DNA of 63,871 nucleotides, counting the filler, from Choristocarpus tenellus KU-1152 (Eukaryota; Protista; Phaeophyceae): the NCBI GenBank assembly GCA_964200185.2. It is 7 parts of 7 records of this genome, joined end to end, with 100 filler letters (N's around TTAATTAATTAA, not from the genome) between each part and the next. Parts side by side here need not be neighbours in the genome. Positions count along the whole stretch, not along the records: positions 48,362 to 61,228 come from CAXNAD020001682.1; positions 61,329 to 63,871 come from CAXNAD020026900.1; 5 more parts are not named here. One strand, written 5' to 3'. Position 1 is the first letter of the stretch. Every line of letters starts with the position of its first letter. This document shows, in pieces, positions 55,874-63,871 of the stretch. The notes under the pieces are model-generated. The model was not told the origin of the DNA, did no database searches, and worked only from the letters and a program-made list of their open reading frames with translations. The position numbers were made by a program, and so were the translations under genes.

Positions 55874-58800
55874 TTACTGCATCGTTTCACTCACCAATGT
55901 CAAGGCATTCTTCAGAGGACGAGGGGTGGTAGGCTCCTCAACTCCATGTGGGTGCCGTTGTTCCAGTATGACATTGATTTGGGTCGTGAATACATGCTTG
56001 TAGAGGTTGAAGTGTCGGTAGTAGCTGCAGCCAACACAAGAAAAGGGTCAGGAACAGACCAGAGGTTGAGATTGGGGTATGGATATCACTTTGAGTATTT
56101 GTCGTAGTTGTTCAACTTTAAAAGAATTCAGTTTGGCCCTCAACAGGGCTGTCATACACTCTACTAATGTACAGCTTCATCTTCAAAATTGGAGTGATTC
56201 CTCACACTAGCAATTAGAGAAAGGAGGGGTCGATTTTGCTCGAAGGGGGATGGGGCAGCAAGCTGAATCAGCTCTACCCATCAATGAGGTCACCCTGCAA
56301 GGGCCTGATCAGAACTCGCTGCTGTACAGAGAGAATGTGGCAAGAGGAAGGGGGCATGGTGATCTTGGATGGGGTCATTGAGGTTTAGATGAGAAGCTAG
56401 TGGGACTACCATAAAGTTGCAAGTTGTTCACAGGGGAACGAATGTGTGCGTCTTCTCTAGAATATAGGGAATGGAAATCATGACCCATGCATTGACAGGG
56501 GGATGACAGGATCCCCTTCTTACAGTGGGGCTTGTATGGATTGAGAACTGAGACTTCTGTGAGAGGCAACACTAGCAGCACCTTGTGAGGCGAATGTGTT
56601 TTACCTTGTCTAGTCTATATGCAGGCTTGCGTGTAGCCGTAAAGAATGTCCTGCCATTGTTTTTTTTGTTTGTAGTGTGGCAAGACTAGGGCTCTTGCCT
56701 CGTTTGCTTCTGTCTAAGAGCCAAAGTACTCTAGAGCAGGGTGCCGTTGATTGTAAGGGACCTCTGCGACTGCCTTCTGAAGTTGATGCTATGTGGGATC
56801 ATGTGTTCTGGAAAATGCTGTTTACTTGATTAGGGCACACCTTCTACATACGCAGACTCCTCTTAAGGGTTACCTCCATTTGGGAAGAGTGAAATTACCT
56901 TAGAGGGTACGAGTTTTACCCTGTTTGTCCATTTGGGGCTTGGCATTCCATGGGGTTATTAATGACATTTTCCTACTCTAAAAAGTTTCGGAGTAGGAAA
57001 TATGTGTAAGTTATGAAACGGTGTGTCTGGAGCAAGGATATTGACACTTCCTAACAATCACGATAGCCAAAATTACATTGAAATTGCAACATTGCATTTT
57101 GACCCCCAAACGGACGCGACCCTACCCCATAAGATACTTTGGCTCGAATGTTTGTCAGTCACAACACTTTATAGGCCATGTGAGGAATGTACATTTTTTG
57201 GATACCAACCACTTGTTTGTACTCACTCCATAAAACCCAACTGTGTACTGTAAAATAATATTGTATTCAGAGGGAGAAGGGTCCAACAAACTGTTGACTT
57301 TCTACCCATCTCACAGCCAACGCACAAAAAATATCTTTTAATCTGAGTATTAGTGCTATGAACTGGAGTGTGAAGTATCTGGACATGAGTTGATCACCAC
57401 CTATCAACAACGGGAGGTGCTAGGACTACCACGAAAGAAGAACAATAGGGAGGTGGAACCAAAAATGTTACGTACTCTAGAGTCATGAGATGCACATACC
57501 TGTTTGTGACGTAATCTGTGATAGGTCCAACATCCTCTGGTCTCAGCAGCCCAACAGTCCATGGCGGTCGCTCAACTGAGTGTCGTAGAATAAGCTCCTC
57601 AAATCTTGAGAAAGAAGTCTTCAATGATGATGCTGCATCATCTGTGCGTATGTCCTAGTGGGAGGAGTGGATGGGCAGGGTGTGCAGAAGAAGGACTGAC
57701 CGATTTTATTAAGCAGAAGTGATCTTACTAAGTATATGGTAAATTACAAAAAAAAAGGAATATCTTGTTGCAAATGATTGAATATGAGATTTTTTGTGGG
57801 GGCAGGCTAAGTGGTAAGGAGAAATGGCGGGATTTATTGATGCCGTGGAAGGTCTGAAGCAAAGAAATAAGGACAACCCTCTGCACAATTAGCTATAGCT
57901 CCTTTGAACACGGTGAAACCCACTCCTATGAGGTAGTTCAGGAGTTGGCAGAAGGGTGGGCAACCCGATATTCGAGGAGTCTTTGGGTTACTACCATCAA
58001 CTTCCCAAGAACAAGCAAAGACCTATTCAGAGTCAAATTATCTTAGAGGGTAGAGCCGCGTCCGTTTGGCAGTCAATATCCACTGTTGAAATTTTGATGT
58101 AATTTTGTATATCTTATTTGTTAGGAAGAGTCAATATCCTTGTTCCAGACACACCTTTTCATAACACGTTATAATTTTACCTACTCCGAAACATTCCAGA
58201 GTAGGTAAAATGTCATAAAAAACAGTGGGAAGCCAAGTCCTAAATGAACAAACAGGGCAAAAATCCTACCCTCTAAGATACTTTCACTCTTCAGCTCATG
58301 TCTTCCATAGGGAAATAGTCACAAATAGGGAGGGGAAAACGATCCCTTTTTTTTTATTATCAATTTGACTAGTATGCTGTCGTACACCTCGTCAAGGATG
58401 TCCTTCATTATAGAGAGGAAGACGGATGTAGCGCAAGCATCGAAGCGCCTCTCTTTGCAGAAGGCGTAATTGAAGAAGTGAAAGTCAAGGATAACCCTCT
58501 CCTTCTCTGTTAGATTGCTGCCTGGGCTCCCCTCGTTTCCATTCTCCGCCACCCCTCTCTCTTTTTCAAGACCAAGATAGGAGGCTAATAGACTTGGGGG
58601 ATAGCGCAAGGTTTGGGAGGTTAGTTAGGACCAACTATTGTATTATAATTGGCAGTGTGATGAATGTGGGAGAACTGTTCAAGGATTCCGAGGAACGAAG
58701 GATGGATTCAGGCAACAAGCAGAATTTGAATAACTCAGGGTGGAGATATCAACCTGTCCACTCTTCGTGTTTGAATTAGTCTCCTCCAACATGCCTTGCC

Positions 58801-58984
58801 ACAAGATATTCTAATGCTTGGCACTGGATGGAACAAACCTACCTCCCTCTTCACCCAACGAAGAAGATATGCAGGGCATCCTAATCGATGTTTAGTCACA
58901 CCTTTTGCACTGTTCATGTTCCAGAGCTGCCTCGAGGCAGTTAACTTGCTCTTCAGAGAAATTCTTCCACAACAAGGAGTTCAT
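55874..58984 (-). CDS. CFAP119: CFAP119/CCDC189 flagellar central-pair C1a-32 (CLAMP domain) protein
   Basis: Exons 58984-58902 (MNSLLWKNFSEEQV), 58592-58388 (ILDFHFFNYAFCKERRF...SVFLSIMK), 57654-57500 (FEELILRHSVERPPWTVGLL...ITDYVTN) and 56024-55895/55874 (SYYRHFNLYKHVFT). The HSV.RPP and YYRH..LYK.VF motifs are characteristic of this family. Confidence 0.85.
56887..57145. mobile_element. MITE family A copy (CFAP119 intron), TSD GAA
   Basis: gaa|GAGTGAAATTACCTTAGAGGGTAC ... AAGATACTTTGGCTC|gaa. Confidence 0.85.
58030..58289. mobile_element. MITE family A copy (CFAP119 intron), TSD TTCA
   Basis: ttca|GAGTCAAATTATCTTAGAGGGTAG ... TACCCTCTAAGATACTTTCACTC|ttca. Confidence 0.85.
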
Positions 58985-59851
58985 CCGTAAGAGGACCAGA
59001 AAATACCGGAATCAATTGCTCACGATGGCGGTTGCGCCATACCAGCAAAACTAAATATATATACACTCCTCGTAGCACTTGCTGGACTTGTGGTAGTGAT
59101 CGCGTGTTCACAGATTGAAGAAACTGCAATAAATCGAAGGTTTCGAGCGTTTCGTTCTGCGCAACAAAACGAACTACAAATCAACTTCCCCCCCCAAAAA
59201 CTTTTCTTGTCTGCCTCACCGTAAAATGTCTACGTACCGAAGTCACTATGTAAAGCGACCAGTGTGTTCCAGTGACTGATGGCGCGTGAACAAGAGACAG
59301 GGGTAGGAGGAGCAGGTCGAGAAGATGTAGAATTTGAGATGTACAATTATGTACGCCCTTCGTCGTGTTTCAGGAATGTGGGAAGCTATGCAACACCCCA
59401 TACCCCAAGGTCAGAGAGAGTTTTCCACAAGTCATGTACAATTATACGTGCCGCATTTTCACATTATGGTGGTCGTCTCAAACCCTCTACCTGTCCCTCA
59501 TTGAGCTAGTCGACCGTAGCAATATTCACCCTTTCCACGCAATATTCACATAATTGTGTATGAATTTTTGTAGGTTTTCTTTGTACGAGTGTAGGTTGGG
59601 TGTTTTTGATCGATATGTACTCCTCACACAGAGCTCCTTCTTTTCCGCTTCAGAGTGCGGTCATTCCCAGCAACTCCCCGGACTCGACCTGCAGAGCGAA
59701 ATGTGAGTTGAAGTTGAGTGCACAGACTGCAATGAGTAGGGCTATGAAGCAAAATCCAATTGTATTCTGCCGTGTAAGTAGACTTGCCACCATAATAATC
59801 CCTTTTCACACATTTGATGCCGTTCTCGTAATCCCTCTTTCCCTCGTGCAG

Positions 59852-61228
59852 CCACCAGTAAGGGGCATTGTGAGCGACTTGAAAAGAGGAGTAGAGAATC
59901 CTTACAAGGGGTCATTCACATCCTTCGACTTACGATTTACGTACCTCAAGGAAGGCGGCTTGATGTCCAACTCTCCTGGACCAGGCAGGTGGCGGTGACA
60001 TTCGTTTCCTGATGTTTGTGTCCGATTTCACTTCTTTTCCCAATAGGTTATCTTTGGCCCAAGACAAGGGCTATCGATTCACTAGGACATATTTGCGGCG
60101 CTCCTACGTACATTCGCGATAAAATACTTCGAACTAACCGGACTTACCCTCCAGAGGAAGGGGGCATATACAGTGGCCTCACACATACCGTGTTTTCCAA
60201 CCACTAACAGCGAGAAATGTATCTACACATTTGCTGGTCAGGTATGTACGAGACTCGTCACCTAACTGGTGGGGCGATTGTCAAAAGACCGAAATCAGCC
60301 TCTCCTTGCTTCTCTGGCACCGAGGGTCGTTGGGAGCCAAAAGTGACGGGCATCAAGCACAGCAACATGCGCCTAAAAAATGCAGAGACTAGGCACACAG
60401 TTCACTGGACGGTTCAGGTGCCTATATCAACTAGGACGAGCTTCCGGAGTGGACAGATTTTCGTGCAACCCTATTCCAATTAACACACACATATCTATCC
60501 ACGCACACTTATTCACACAGAGAGAAATGAATTCTTCCCACATTTTAGTATACTTACGAAAAAAAAATGATAAATCTGTGTAGATGTCACTGATTGTCCC
60601 ACAAGTCCTAATTGTTGACTCTTCGGAGTCTTTGTTAACTATCTCTCCCTCTCCACCTCTAATTGCTCCTACCATCTGCTTACCTAGCTCCGCCCAAAAT
60701 CTCTGTTGATGCTATCCTATACTATCCGCACCAAATGCCAAGGCATCACCAGTCAGGTATAGTCAGGGTTTTAGATCTAAGTCGGATCGTCTGGTTGTAA
60801 ACAAGCCCCGCAACTCGACACCGGAGTACATTGGTCCAGGCTGCTATGACCTCACTAAAGATGGACGATCAATAGGAATCAAGACAGAAAGACGGGTTGC
60901 CAGGCGAGCCATTACCAATAAATTCTTGCTAGACCATAATGCATATTCGGAGCTTTGTCGTGATAATTCTCACTCTGCTGCAGCACATCACAATAAGTAC
61001 CCTTCCCGTGCAACGAAGATGGCCCATGTACTACATGAGGCTAAGGGAACGGGGCAGGGGGGGAGAGACAGAAAGGTGGTGATGAGAGATGAGAGTGGCT
61101 TAGGAGGATACAGGGGGGGACGGCAGCAGCAGGGAGGGGGTGGATACCCAACAAAATCAGGAGAAACTCAGCAGCAGAGGAACGAGCTGGGCTATGTGAA
61201 GGGGGGGGGGCCTCCTGCCGGGAAAGCG
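59852..61228 (+). CDS. probable SHIPPO/sperm-tail PG-rich repeat (ODF3/STPG-like) ciliary protein, partial
   Basis: Candidate exons 59852-59984, 60242-~60417 and 60743->61228 give SPGPG(M)Y and TPEYIGPGCYD repeats with F-x-S-x-x-x-R-type motifs (GFRSKSDR, SFTSFDLRF). Further 5' exons probably lie within 59226-59701. Confidence 0.55.
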
Positions 61229-61328
61229 NNNNNNNNNNNNNNNNNNNNNNNNNNNNNNNNNNNNNNNNNNNNTTAATTAATTAANNNNNNNNNNNNNNNN
61301 NNNNNNNNNNNNNNNNNNNNNNNNNNNN
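61229..61328. other. artificial contig linker
   Basis: Same 100-bp linker. Confidence 0.97.
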
Positions 61329-62580
61329 CTTTATCCCAGTCAATTTTGGGTCAAGCCCATCCTCAATGAAAAGCTCCATCCTCAATTCTTGAAATCGGCT
61401 GTTTCAGTGGGAAGGGATAAGTGAAGACCTCCTGCAACAAATTACATTAGTTGTTGCTGAGCTGGCAATCTCCAGACGGGTGATGCATTTCAAACGGGAA
61501 CCTCCAGGTCGATGGTCTAGGAAATGCTTGACTGATTTGTGGGTATTCTTACCTTCTCATGTGCCTTCATATATAATGTTCGTCAAGGAATCTGAGTAGT
61601 TTCAACCATGCGTATTTGCTTTTTGTGGGTTTCTTGTATACATACATAATCATTACAATGATACTGGTTAAGCCAAAGCATACAAGAGGTTTCGGTCGTT
61701 TTGCAGTTTGAAGCCAGTTCTTCAATCTTATGAAATTCTCTCATATTTCTGTGGTTGGTTGAAGTGCTAAGTTTGACCTGTGACTGCTGCAACGTTTCCA
61801 CTGAATTCTGAACCGATCCAATACCGAATTGAAGGCAATTTTTGTAATTTCCTAAAATGCAACTCTGGGGTACCTCTCCGTTACTTCGACTCATTGGTGT
61901 TTATGATGAAATAGTCTTCTCCTTCTGTTGCGATTGTTGTCGTCTTTAAATGGTTTCTTCCGTTGTACTTTTTTTTTTCTTTCAGTTTCTTGTTTCTATT
62001 CCTACATGTCAATCTCTGCAACACGATAGTCGGCACAACAATAATATAAAATGGGAGCACGTATGGCGTTCGAAGTTGTCATAGGGTAGGGAGAAAACCC
62101 AAGTATAATGCACGTTTGTTTCCCTGGTCAACAATGTGGCACATGATGATGAGGACGAGGTCAACATGTATGGAGGCTATTCTGTTCACCGAATAACAAT
62201 GGGCGGAGAATGGTGTGTTTTTAAGTGTTTTGAATTGTTTCGAAGTACTACGATTTACCTCTACTATTTGCTTCATTTTCATACTGTGTTATATGCCTCA
62301 ATCTTTGCACTATTGTGTTTATTCCATAATGTTCAGGAATCAAATATATTATGAGAAAAAAGTTGCACAAGGATGGTAATTCGTTCAGTTTTTCCTGCCA
62401 AAGTGGGGTACAATTGTATGCAGCGTATCTCGTTATTTGAAAAAATCACAGAGTATGGGATGCTTGAACTACGATATGGTTAATTTCTTTAGGGCTTACA
62501 TAGAGTGTCAAGAGAGAGACGAAATGGCCTCAGTGGGACACTCAAAGATTGATGTGGTCCCTCAGGGGAGTACACACAAC

Positions 62581-62662
62581 TAGCCCATGGATTGAACCAG
62601 ATAGCACCCCAGTCTCTCATCTTGTCAAATAGCGAGGTACCAAACCACTATACCACAAGCTA
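62581..62662 (-). pseudogene. tRNA-derived pseudogene or SINE head
   Basis: A-box TGGTATAGTGG, B-box GGTTCAATCC, weakly pairing ends TAGCTTG/TGGGCTA. The anticodon arm is not canonical. Confidence 0.35.
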
Positions 62663-63871
62663 CCACTATTTGAGTCCCAAATTTCCCATACGTTACAAAT
62701 ATTTATATACTCAGAGAGTATGCAGTAGCTAACTCCCCTTGGAAGTTACGGTAGTAGAGGAGGACACAAGCATTCATCTCGATGTAGGCATAAAATCGCT
62801 GTCCAGAGTTCTAAAAGCACCTGCATCAGTAGGAAACATGTGGGACCAAATACTGACCGGCGCCTCCCTCTGAGCTAGGATGGCTCACCGGGGCAGCAAA
62901 TTGCGTCCTTAGTGGACCAGAGATGGAGCGGTGGTAATTCAATACAAGATGTGACAGCAGTCCACTGCACTTTGATTTACTTCACACTGCAGACTAACCC
63001 CCAACCCCTAATAGAGCACCTTCCGCCCAGATACACCGATCATACTGCATACACAGTCTGTCCACCCACGCAAGTTCATCATGTAGAGCAAGGCATTCTT
63101 CTTCCCCACGTTATGCCATACACATCGAGACCTTCCCCCAAACCTCGAAGTCGATACCTCCCACAATTTACTCCTATTGGCACACATCTCACATTCCTTT
63201 CTTCAGTATGCTCTTCATATCGTCAGAGGTTTATTCTAAAGTCCTTATCACACATCAAAACACAATGAGTACATACCTCACCCAAATTTACCATGAACAG
63301 GGGGGAACACGCGAAATACCCCATTGTACTAGTATACACACTCTGGAGTATATATATACGGAGTATATGCAAAGTTGAGCATTCACACTGATTCCCAAAG
63401 ATTATTATTACACATACGCGTCAACACGAATCTGGTTCCTACAGATAGGTGATCCTTTACTCGATTGGAAGAGTGCACCATACATCCTCGCAAAATTACC
63501 GTCATTTCCCTCGAATTTCAGTGTCCCTATCTCTGATCCTCTCGAATATCACATTCCACCGTCCACCCTACCTGATTTTCGACTTGATATTCTACATGCA
63601 ACTGCTGAACTGCAGCACACCCCATTGGTATACGGTCTTCTTCATTGCTGCTGTCCCCATGATGATACTCCAACATTCTGGCATCATACTGCTGCATCCA
63701 GAGACATGATAAAATTGCTACCAATACATTATTCTATAGGATTTTCACCCCAGCTCACGAGTATGCTTTCAAGATATATTTTTCTACCTTGACGGCATAG
63801 TAGCCTGGCAACACACCTACAACACACTAATATTTTCCCATCATTACATACAGGCTCAAAGTATCTGGGAG

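Noticed and set aside
63420-63790. Open frames on both strands near the window end
   Set aside because: No recognisable motif or consistent splice structure was found.

Overview
This is eukaryotic, intron-rich DNA, not prokaryotic. By inference it comes from a flagellated photosynthetic stramenopile, probably a brown alga or close relative: it has TTAGGG-type telomere motifs, cilia genes and an ASAFAP-like presequence. The window is a pseudo-scaffold of 7 contigs joined by artificial 100-bp N-TTAATTAATTAA-N linkers. By hand I reconstructed spliced genes for an STI1-repeat protein, a UBXN7/PUX7-like UBA-UAS protein, a complete ING PHD-finger protein, an NSF-like AAA+ ATPase, CFAP119 (C1a-32/CLAMP) and a probable SHIPPO/PG-rich repeat ciliary protein, plus one tRNA-Asp(GTC). 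Decayed transposons (Tc1/mariner, CRE-like RLE LINE, Ty3/gypsy, Ty1/copia, RTE-like) and about 15 MITE copies or ends fill much of the rest. The most interesting candidates are four: an NSF D1-type ATPase whose N-domain is replaced by a signal-peptide + F plastid-type presequence; a set of MITE families sharing a terminal motif but showing both 3- and 4-bp TSDs; three inferred GC-AG introns; and two head-to-head gene pairs. Most short six-frame ORFs are noise. All gene models are manual predictions without transcript support.
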